Shown in pieces: positions 24,106-34,817 of a stretch of 64,000 nt of DNA. Below the pieces are notes generated by a model that did no database searches, was not told where the DNA came from, and worked only from the letters and a program-made list of their open reading frames with translations. The stretch is from assembly GCF_032444005.1 (NCBI RefSeq), contig NC_091282.1, positions 637,484,001 to 637,548,000 of the forward strand, read 5' to 3'. Both the position numbers and the translations under genes were made by a program. This DNA comes from Ranitomeya imitator (Eukaryota). Every line of letters begins with the position of its first letter. Position 1 is the first letter of the stretch.

Positions 24106-24246
24106 ATTTAAGCTCATCCGGGGTACAGCCAGCGGTTGTGCAGCAAGATGTGGACAGCATAGCCCGTGATGTCGAGGTAATACTTCCAAAAATTCCACAT
24201 GTTGCAGCGTTGGGTGCACACGATCGTCCAAACAGAGTGTAATCTC
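24106..24246 (-). CDS. Ly6/uPAR gene exon: (G)DYTLFGRSCAPNAATCGIFGSITSTSRAMLSTSCCTTAGCTPDELK
   Basis: TTACAG acceptor, GTATG donor, phase 1-1; RSC...C...SCC....C pattern of the second half of LU domain 1. Confidence 0.85.
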
Positions 24247-24993
24247 CTGTAATTAGAGATGGGGAATAACATATATTATGAAGAGTGCTTATGTAAGTGT
24301 TCTGGCCAGCACAAATTGGCTTTCAAAGTTATCTATTGTTCCCTGATATCAGCCATTTTAGACTAGTGATCGGTACTTGTTTGGCAGTGAAAAAGTTGCA
24401 AACAAAAGCATTATTGTTCCTTTTTGACCTCCTGAGTATGTTGAGCAATAGATCCAGGACTTATTCCATATACAGCTGTACCAGATTATCTTCTGGATTG
24501 ATTAAACTTTAACTAGAGCAAATCCAAGGATCATCACCAGACAGGGAAGTCAACGACTTGGACCCATATGAGTCACACGAATTGGGGTTCTATATCTACT
24601 ATATACCATATCTACTATATCTACTATACCACTATGTATTGTCTATAGGGTTAGTGATCATGCATGTGATGTATGACGGACCCCAAATCTCAGAATCGGA
24701 TGAGACCCCCATCAATCATGTATTTATCACAGGATACACACCTTTTCGAATAATATAATACATTGTAATGGGGTGCATTAAAAAAGAAAAATATTCCTTT
24801 CATAATCATGTGAAAAATGAATCAAATTAATACATTAAAATCATTGGGAAATTTTAGCACACAATTTTTTTCCATTTCTCATATGGATCTTTTAACACAG
24901 CGTATGTTAATGTTATGTGACCTTTTACTGTTTTATTTTTATAATTTAAACATAGCACCTCCTCCAATCAATCAATGGATTAGTGGATTTTGG

Positions 24994-26092
24994 TGTGACC
25001 CTGAGTCATTTCTCACAGGCAAGCCGTGAGACAGAGTAGTCAGGAGGTCTGGGGTCAGATACCAGGAGGGCTTGTAGTACAGAGGGGTAAGGTAACACCA
25101 TGGTCGGGTAACAGTCCGGGGTCAAATGCCAGGAGGGTACATCAAAATCAGGGAGTACAACAAACAGTCAGAGGCCGAGATTGGGGTCAGATACCTGAAG
25201 TCAGAGAGCATCAAAAGCAGAAGGGATAATCCACAAAAGGTGGGTCATCACCAAAATCAGAAGTCAGACACAGAACAAGTATACACACCTAGGTATAGCA
25301 AATCTACAACTAACAATCCTCTACTCACAGCAAGCCAGTTAAATACTCTAAAAAACGGTTGAGGAAACACCCACAGACTAAACCAGATTCAACAGCATGA
25401 CTGTCAATTAAAATGCTGACAGCACTGCATGCCCCAGGATCAGATTGGATGACTGGACTGTCACTCACAAAACTGACAGTCCAGCCACCACAAATCCTAT
25501 AGAGCGGCTGAGCTGTTACTCACAGAGTCCCTAGACCACAGTCAGATATGAAACAGTGACAGTACCCACTGCCCTAGAGGGGCTGCCGGAACCCCAGGCT
25601 TCCTAGGAAACCTAGTATGAAAGGCCCTGATCAGTCGATTGGCCCTAGAGGCTCCGGCTGCAACCCAGTATCTCACCTCCAGTCTGTATCCCTTCCAATA
25701 TATGAGGTACTGAAGGGAATTTCAGACCCACTGGGAGTCATCGTGCTCTAGTTTGTCATCGACAACAACCGGAGGAGGCAGGGACGAGGGCGACACCACC
25801 GGGTGTACAAATTCCTTCAACATGGATCTATGGACGACATTATTGATGCAGGGAGATAGAGGAAGCTTCAAATTAAATGACACCAGATTGACCACTTCCA
25901 GGATTTCATAGGGACCGACGAATTCGCCGATGGTAAGTTTAATGCTTCTGGATGACAGCCAGACCATATTACCCATTTTAAAAACAGGACCCTCCAAACA
26001 TCTTCTATAAGCCTTCCTTTTTTGGCGAACTTGAGCAACCCAATATTCCTTTGATCTTCCTTCCAAACATCCCCAAACTTCTGTGTAGCGAC
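24994..26092 (-). mobile_element. Old Gypsy element: 3' LTR (~24994-25561), PPT-like GGGCAGTGGGTAC and decayed integrase/chromodomain tail; continues at 38875-39090
   Basis: Minus-strand remnants VWLSSRSIKL..FVGPYEILEVVN and, across the nested insertion, QSLEKILRCFV..LAEF..FCNYGFH. Same LTR family reappears at ~63915-64000. Confidence 0.75.
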
Positions 26093-26868
26093 TGTTGTGA
26101 ATTCTGCTTTTGGGTTCCCTCCAGTGGTTGTAGGTGGGAATGCAGTTGTCTCTGAGTCGCAGTCCTGGCCAGGTGTATCTGCTGATTGCAGTTCTGACTG
26201 GGATATTTAGGTGTGCAGGATTCATTAGTCCTTTCCAGTTGTCAATGTTTCTTGTGAAGTGTTGGTTCACTTTCTGGCTTCTCCTGCTTAGCTGCCAATT
26301 CAGCAAAGATAAGTGTCTGTTTCTTTTTCTGTGGCACACATGCAGTGTGCTTATATTCTGTGCTATTCATTTGTTTTTCTCTTGTCCAGCTTAGACTGTG
26401 TCAGTGTTTTCTCAGTCTTGTTGGATTATTCTCTGGAGTTGCAGATATACGCTCCACATCTTTAGTTAGATGGTGGAGTTTTTGTATTTTCTGCTGTGGA
26501 TATTTTTGGAAGGATTTTTAATGCTGACCGCTTAGTATCCTGTCCTATCCTTTCCTATTTAGCTAGTGTGTGCCTCATTTGCTAAATCCTGTTTCCTGCC
26601 TGCGTGTGTCTTTTCCTCTACTACTCACAGTCAATATTTGAGGGGGGCTGCCTATCCTTTGGGGTTCTGCTCTGAGGCAAGGTAGAATTCCTATTTCCAT
26701 CTATAGGGGTATTTAGTCCTCCGGCTGTGTCGAGGTGTCTAGGTTTTGTTAGGCACACCCCACGGCTACTTATAGTTGCGGTGTTAAGATCAGGGTTTGC
26801 GGTCACTATAGTTACCACCTACTCCAGTGAAAGTTTTCATGCTGCTCCAAGGTCACCTGATCATAACA
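26093..26868 (+). repeat. 5' LTR
   Basis: TG...CA ends; matches 38126-38874 apart from a ~27-bp indel and scattered substitutions. Confidence 0.95.
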
Positions 26869-26978
26869 GTACAACTGGCCAATAATGAGTTAAATGCATC
26901 TCAGAAGAAGGGAGGAAAGGTCTTGAGCCATTTTTTTTCTTCAGTCTACTTTGTCTTCTCCTCCCTCTTTATCTCTGG

Positions 26979-29900
26979 GTGGCTGAAGAGCCTTGTGCTA
27001 GCATGAATGTTCAGGAATTAGCTTATCGTGTAGACCAGCTTGCTGCTAGGGTACAGGGTATTTCTGATTATATTGTTCAGACTCCTGTTTTAGAACCGAA
27101 GATTCCTACTCCTGATTTGTTTTTTGGCGACAGGTCCAAATTTTTGAGTTTTAAAAACAACTGTAAACTGTTTTTTGCTTTGAGACCTCGATCCTCCGGT
27201 GATTCCATTCAGCAGGTTAAAATTGTCATCTCCATGCTGCGTGGCGACGCGCAGGATTGGGCATTTTCCCTGGAATCTGGGAATCCGGCTTTGCTTGATG
27301 TAGACTCCTTTTTTCAGGCTTTGGGATTGTTATATGATGAACCTAATTCTGTGGATGAAGCTGAGAAGACCTTGTTGGCCCTGTCTCAGGGTCAAGAGGC
27401 GGCAGAATTGTATTGTCAGAAATTCAGAAAATGGTCGGTGTTGACTAAATGGAATAATGATGCTTTGGCGGCAATTTTCAGAAAGGGTCTTTCTGAATCC
27501 GTTAAAGATGTTATGGTGGGGTTTCCCACACCTTCCGGTCTGAGTGATTCTATGTCTCTGGCCATTCAGATTGACCGGCGCTTGCGGGAGCGCAGAACCG
27601 TGCGCACTGTGGCGTTATCCTGAGAGCAAATTCCTGAGCCTATGCAGTGTGATAGAATTCTGTCTAGAACGGAACGACAAGGTTTCAGACGTCAGAATAG
27701 GTTGTGTTATTATTGTGGCGACGCTTCTCATGTCATTTCTGTCTGCCCTAAGCGGACAAAGAGGATCGCCAGTTCAATTACCATCAGTACTGTACAACCT
27801 AAATTTTTGTTATCTGTGTCCTTGATCTACTCATTGTCATCATTTTCTGTCATGGCGTTTGTGGATTCAGGCGCCGCCTTGAACTTAATGGACTTTGAGT
27901 TTGCCAAGCGTTGTGGTTTTCCCTTGCAGCCTTTGCAGAACCCTATTCCTTTAAGGGGCATTGATGCTACACCCTTGGCTAAAAATAAGCCCCAGTTTTG
28001 GACACAGGTGACCATGTGCATGGCGCCAGCCCATCAGGAAGATTGTCAATTTCTGGTGTTGCATAATTTGCATGATGCTATCGTGCTGGGTTTTCCGTGG
28101 TTGCAGGTACATAATCCTGTGTTGCATTGGAAGTCCAGGTCTGTGACTAGTTGGGGTTGTTAGGGGGATCATAATGATGTTCCTTTGATGTCAATCTCCT
28201 CTTCTTCCTCTTCTGAAATTCCAGAGTTTTTGTCTGATTTTCAGGATGTATTCGATGAGCCCAAGTCCAGTTTCCTTCCACCGAACAGGGACTGCGATTG
28301 TGCTATTGACTTAATTCCAGGCTGTAAGTTTCCTAAGGGTCGACTTTTCAACTTGTGTGTGCCTGAACATACCGCCATGCGGAGCTATATTAAGGAGTCT
28401 TTGGAGAAAGGGCATATTCGACCATCTTCTTCACCGTTGGGAGCGTGGTTCTTTTTTGTTGCTAAAAAAGATGGTTCCTTGAGACCCTGTATTGATTATC
28501 GCCTCTTGAATAAGATCACGGTCAAGTTTCAATACCCTTTACCTTTGCTTTCCGATTTGTTTGCTAGGATTAAGGGAGCTAGTTGGTTTACGAAGATTGA
28601 CCTTCGGGGGGGATATAATCTTGTTCGTATTAAGCAGGGTGATGAATGGAAAACTGCGTTTAACACGCCCGAAGGCCATTTTGAATACCTTGTGATGCCA
28701 TTCGGACTCTCTAATGCTCCATCTGTTTTTCAGTCCTTCATGCATGATATCTTCCGGACTTATCTTGATAAATTCTTGATTGTATATTTGGACGATATTT
28801 TGATTTTTTCCGATGATTGGGAGTCTCATGTGCAACAGGTCAGGATGGTATTTCAGATCCTTCATGACAATGCTTTGTTTGTGAAAGGGTCTAAGTGTCT
28901 CTTTGGGGTGCAGAAGGTTTCCTTTTTGGGCTTTATTTTTTCTCCCTCGTCTATAGAGATGGATCCGGTTAAGGTTCAGGCCATTCATAATTGGATTCAG
29001 CCCACATCCGTTAAGAGCCTTCGGAAATTTTTGGGTTTTGCTAATTTTTATTGCCGTTTCATTGCTAATTTTTCCAGCGTGGTTAAACCCTTGACTGATT
29101 TGACGAAGAAAGGCGCTGATGTGGCGAATTGGTCCTCTGCGACTGTCTCTGCCTTTCAGGAGCTTAAACGTCGATTTACTTCTGCTCCGGTGTTGCGCCA
29201 ACCGGATGTTTCTCTTCCGTTTCAGGTTGAGGTTGACGCTTCTGAAATTGGGGCAGGGGCTGTTTTGTCTCAGAGGGATCCTGTTGGTTCCTTAATGAAA
29301 CCGTGTGCCTTCTTTTCCCGTAAGTTTTTCGCCAGCTGAACGCAATTATGATGTCGGCAATCGGGAGTTGTTGGCTATGAAGTGGGCGTTTGAGGAGTGG
29401 CGACATTGGCTTGAGGGAGCTAAGCACCGTATTGTGGTCTTGACCGATCATAAGAATCTGATTTACCTCGAGTCTGCGAAACGGCTGAATCCTAGACAGG
29501 CTCGATGGTCCTTGTTTTTTTCCTGTTTTGATTTCGTGGTCTCGTACCTTCCGGGTTCTAAGAATATTAAGGCTGATGCCCTCTCTAGGAGTTTTTTGCC
29601 TGATTCTCCTGAGGTCTTAGAACCGGTCGGTATTCTGAAAGAAGGGGCGGTCCTTTCTGTCATTTCCCCGGGTTCTTCAGGAATTTCAGGCTGACAAACC
29701 TGACCGCTGTCCTGAGGGGAAACTGTTTGTTCCTGACAGATGGACTAGTAGATTGATTTCTGAGATTCACTGTTCTGTGTTGGCTGGTCATCCTGGCATT
29801 TTTGGTACCAGAGACTTGGTTGGTAGGTTCTTTTGGTGGCCTTCTTTGTCGCGTGATGTGCGTTTTTTAGTGCAGTCCTGTGGGACTTGTGCGCGGGCCA

Positions 29901-30571
29901 AGCCTTGTTGTTCCCGTGCTAGTGGGTTGCTTTTGCCATTGCCAGTCCCTGAGAGGCCCTGGACGCATATTTCAATGGATTTTATTTCTGATCTTCCGGT
30001 CTCCCAGAAGATGTCTGTTATCTGGGTTGTTTGTGACCGGTTCTCTAAGATGGTTCATTTGGTGGCTTTGCCTAAATTGCCTTCCTCTTCAGAATTGGTT
30101 CCATTGTTTTTTCAGCATGTGGTTCGTTTGCATGGTATTCCAGAGAATATTGTGTCCGACAGAGGTTCCCAGTTTGTTTGTAGGTTTTGGCGGGCCTTTT
30201 GTGCTAGGCTGGGCATTGATTTGTCTTTTTCTTCTGCATTTCATCCTCAGACAAATGGCCACACCGAGCGAACTAATCAGACTTTGGAGACTTATTTGAG
30301 ATGCTTTGTGTCTGCTGATCAGAATGATTGAGTGGCCTTCTTGCCATTGGCCGAGTTTGCCCTTAATAATCGGGCTAGTTCGGCTACTTTGGTTTCGCCT
30401 TTCTTTTGTAATTTTGGTTTTTATCCTCGTTTTTCTTCTGGGCAGGTTGAACCTTCTGACTGTCCTAGTGTGGATTCTGTGGTTGACAGGTTGCAGCAGA
30501 TTTGGGCTCATGTGGTGGACAATTTGGTGTTGTCTCAGGAGGAGGCTCAACGTTTTGCTAACCGTCGTCGG
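26979..30571 (+). pseudogene. gag-pol (capsid, CCHC knuckle CYYCGDASHVISVC, protease FVDSGA, RT YLDD, RNase H, integrase) with stops and frameshifts
   Basis: ORFs 26979, 27642 and 28185 share one frame, separated by TGA (27621) and TAG (28161); frameshifts near 29320 and 29690; integrase HHCC and DDE region in ORF 29753. Confidence 0.93.
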
Positions 30572-31223
30572 CAGTGGCGCAGGAAGGGGGGTGCGGGGGG
30601 GGGCGGGCCGCCCCGGGCGGCACAGAGCGGGGGGCAGCACAATGAGGGGGGTGGGCCGGTGCTGGCTGAAGAAGAAGAGGAGAGCGGCGGCGCTATCTGC
30701 GCAGCCGGGTGGCCGCGGCGGCCATCTTACGGCGGCCGCGCGTGCGCAGATGGCAGCGCTTCCCGGGGCTTCAGGAAAATGGCCGCGGGATGCAGATGGA
30801 GATCGCGGCGGCCATTTTCTTGAAGCCCTGTTCGCATTACCCGGCGTACTTTCACTTTCGATCTCCTGAGGCGATTCCAGGAAGCGCCGCCGCCGGGGGG
30901 GATCTCTGCAGACAGTGCACAGCAGCAGCTGCAGAGACAGTCAGTCTGACAGTGACTGAGTCAGAAATGAATCTGGATCACAGCGATATCGGTCGGATCA
31001 GATCAGAGGCAGACTCACTCTCACAGACTCACAGGCATGCTGCACTGCAGACTGCAGTCCCTACTCCTAGCAGGTATTTAAGCACAGTTTATGTGGAATG
31101 TTATATGTAATATTGGTTGGTTTGTGACTTTAGAGACTGAGAGGCATCTAGGGTTTACCGTTTATGTACCACTTCCTTATGGTACTGTATTTTGTTGTGA
31201 CCAGTGCAACACTAAGGCAGTTA

Positions 31224-31635
31224 GGCTACTTTCACACTAGCGTCGGATTCGGCCCGTCGCATTGCGTTGGGCCGAGATTCCGACGCTAGCGTTTGATGCG
31301 CCGCACAGCGGGTTCAGCGGATGCATTTCTCCAGCACATCCGCTGCCCCATTGTGGGGGGTGGGGGCAGAGTTCTGGCCACGCATGCGCGGTCGGAAAAA
31401 GCAGTCCGTCGGCAGCAAAAAATGTTACATTTAACGTTTTTTGCTCCCGGCGGTCCGCCACAACACGGCACAACCGTCGCACGACTGTTGCGACGTGTGC
31501 CAATACGTCGCAATGCGTCGGTAATGTTACTCTATGGGGCAAAAACGCATCCTGCAAACCACTTTGCAGGATGCGTTTTTTCCCCTAAACGACGCATTGC
31601 GACGTATTAAAAAAAATGCCAGAGTGAAAGTAGCC
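31224..31635. mobile_element. Harbinger-like MITE; a second follows at 31639-32415 sharing the TTA
   Basis: TTA|GGCTACTTTCACAC ... GTGAAAGTAGCC|TTA; the second ends GTGTGAACATACCC|TTA. Confidence 0.8.
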
Positions 31636-32814
31636 TTAGCCACATTCACACGTTGTGTTCTGTCCTGCGGGTTCTCCCGCAGCGGATTTGATAAATCTGC
31701 AGGGCAAACCCGCTGCGGTTATCCCTGCAGATTTATTGCGGTTTGTCCTGCGGGTTCCGCTGCAGGATTTTACCCCTACTATTGATGCTGCATATGCAGC
31801 AATATGCAGCATCAATAGTAATGTTAAAAATAATAAAATAATTATATACTCACCCTCTGACGTCCCGATCTCTGCGGCGCTGCTCCAAAGATGCTGTGCG
31901 ACCAGGACCTTCGTGACGTCACGGTCATGTGACCGCGACGTCACCGCAGGTCCTGGTCGCATAGCAAGCCTGAGACCGGACGGCCGCGTGCAGCGCTGAG
32001 ACTTCAGAGGTGAGTATAGCTTATTTTTAATTTTATTTATTTTATTTTTTTTACCACAAATATGGTTCCTGGGGCCTGGAGGAGAGTCTCCTCTCCTCCA
32101 CCCCGGGTACCACCCGCACATTATCCGCTTACTTCCCGCATGGTGTGCACAGCCCCATGCGGGAAGTAAGCGGATCAATGCATTTGTATGGATGCAGAAT
32201 CGCTGCGATTCTGCACAAAGAAGTGACATGGTCCTTCTTTTTTTCCGCAGCAATTCAGCGCGTTTTTTTTCGGGATTTTCCGCATCATGTGCACTGCGGT
32301 TTTTGTTTTCCATAGGGTAACATTGTACTGTACCATGCATGGAAAACTGCTGCGGACCCGCAGCGGCAAAATCGCGGCGGTTCCGCAGTAAAAACAGCAT
32401 AGTGTGAACATACCCTTAGTTTTACTTATAACAACCTAGCTTGCATTTTCAGTTTTTTTTTTTTTTAAGAGAAAATAAATACGGTGTACATTAATTTAAT
32501 ATTTTTGGGTCTAGATTGAGTTCCAGATATTGGTAGGACCCGTTGAAGTGCTGAGGCACGAAACGGCCGTTATCCGCTTTGTTCACATCCCTCCCTGCAT
32601 ATTTTGAAAAATGTCCGAATAAAAATTGTGACCACCACACTCGGGTAAGTGCACTTTTTTTTGGCTTTTTCTCTTGGACTTTCATGTTGTTCTGCAGAAG
32701 CTGCACCCCGTTGTTATATAAAGGAATTTTGTCGGTCCTCTCTTGAACAAAGGGTTGTTTGGATAATAGGGTCTAACTACAACAGCAGTGCGGGGTATTA
32801 TCTTTTTACCCTTA

Positions 32815-33227
32815 GGGTACCGTCACACAGTGGCATTTTGATCGCTACGACGCCACGATCCGTGACGCTCCAGCATCGTAACAATATCGCTCCAGCGTCG
32901 TAGACTGCTGTCACACTTTGCAATGTACGACGCTGGAGCGATAATTTCATGACGTATGTGCGATGTAGAAGCCGTTGGTTACTATGCGCACATCGTATAC
33001 AATATCGTGCACACCTTTGTTACACCATGCGATCATGCCGCCACAGCGGGACACTAGACAACGAAAGAAAGTTTCAAACGATCTGCTACGACATACGATT
33101 CTCAGCGGGGTCCCTGATCGCAGTAGCGTGTCAGACAGCGAGATCGCTGGAAAGTCACAGATATATCGCTGGAACATCACGAATCGTGCCGTCATAGCGA
33201 TCAAAATGCCACTGTGTGACGGTACCC
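32815..33227. mobile_element. Harbinger-like MITE
   Basis: 37-bp TIR GGGTACCGTCACACAGTGGCATTTTGATCGCTAYGAC; TTA/TAA flanks. Confidence 0.85.
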
Positions 33228-34817
33228 TAAGTTCTACTTATAACAACCTAGCTTGCATTTCCTTTTTTTTTTTAAAGAGAAAATAAATACGGTGTACATT
33301 AATTTAATATTTTTGGGTCTAGATTGAGTTCCAGATAAAATGCTTGTGATTATGACGTTAAAAGTGGGTCCTGCCATAATCTGCCGAAAGCTAACACTCA
33401 GGTTCCCTATTATACTCCCAGTGGCGTAGGAAGGGGAATGCAGGGCGGGCGGGCCTCCCCGGGCTGCACAATGCGGGGGGGTGGGTCACCGGGCTGCAGC
33501 CGGCGCTGGCTGAAGAAAACAAGCGCGATCTGCGCTATACCACGGATTATCGCTGGCGGCGGCCATCTTCCGGAGGCCGCGCATGCACAGATGGTAGTGA
33601 TCGGCTTCCCGGGGCTTCAGGAAAATGGCCGCGGGATGCCGTGCGTGCGCAGATGGAGATCGCGGTGGCCATTTTCCTGAAGCCGAGTTCGCATCTTTTA
33701 TTATATTACCCGTAACTTTCACTTTCGATCTCCTGTCAGTGTCACTGCAGCGATTCCAGGAAGCACCGGGGATTTCTGAGCGTCCGTACAGCAGCAGATC
33801 ACATCAGATCAGAGGCAGAGAGGATCGCACCAGGCTGAGGTGAGCAACCGCCGGACAGCAGCCGCCCGGTGTGGTGATAAGGGGGAGGCCGCATTTATGC
33901 ACTTTATTTATGTATTTGCAGTTTCTCTTTACACACCACTTTTAGGGTCCTTCAGACTTTCTTATCTATTTATACTTTTTTTTGAGGGGGGAACGAGGTG
34001 TTCCCCATTATACTTTATACTTTATACTTTAGGCACGCAGGGCCTGTGATGACGTTGCGGTCACATGACGATCTATGCCAACGGAACGTGGCGGTTGTCT
34101 CGCGAGGAGCGGTAAAAGCGGCGTAGGTGAGTATATAATGTTTTTTGTTTTTTTTTTATTATTTTTAACATTAGATGTTTTAACTATTGTTGTAAATTGT
34201 AAAAAACTTGGTCACACAGGGTTAATAGCAGCGGTAACGGAGTGCGTTACCCACGGCATAACGCGGTCCGTTACCGCCGGCATTAACCCTGTGTGAGCAA
34301 AAAAAAAAAAAGAGTTGAACAAAAAAAGCTTTGTAGGTCTCAGCAGTCACGTTGGTGGTCCCAGAGGTCTTGGTGGTTCCAGCGATCACGTTGGTGGTCC
34401 CAGCAATCGCGTTGTGGTCCCAGCGGTCACATTGGTGGTAAGCAGAACTTTTTTTTTTTTTGCAGTCCCGATCATGTGATGGTAACATTCACCGGTGAAA
34501 TAATTTAACTTGTCCATCTGAGGTCTTATTTCTGCTGCATTTTTTTTATTCTAAAAAATGCATCATAGACAATTCAAATTCAGCGTACAGGCTTTACCAA
34601 CTTACTCCGCTGCCGGGCCGATTGGTCATTTGGTGGGAGGGCGGGACTGTGTGTAGCAGCACCCAGACGTAGGCAGAAAGTGACGTCATTCTGGGAATGC
34701 TGGAGTGTCTGCAACCAGTCCCGCTCTTATGCCGGCTACAGGAGTGCCATCCTGGTGGCCCGGGCCCTGGTCTGACCTAACTTTATTTTTTTGTTATTTT
34801 GTTAGGCTTAGATAAAA

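Noticed and set aside
26979-27623. Domesticated RTL/PEG10-like host gene
   Set aside because: Flanked by two LTRs with TSD and followed by a decayed pol; an ordinary retrotransposon gag.
27621-27623. Programmed gag-pol stop-codon readthrough
   Set aside because: The TGA lies before the EPMQ motif and zinc knuckle, and the element has other lesions, so it is most likely a point mutation.
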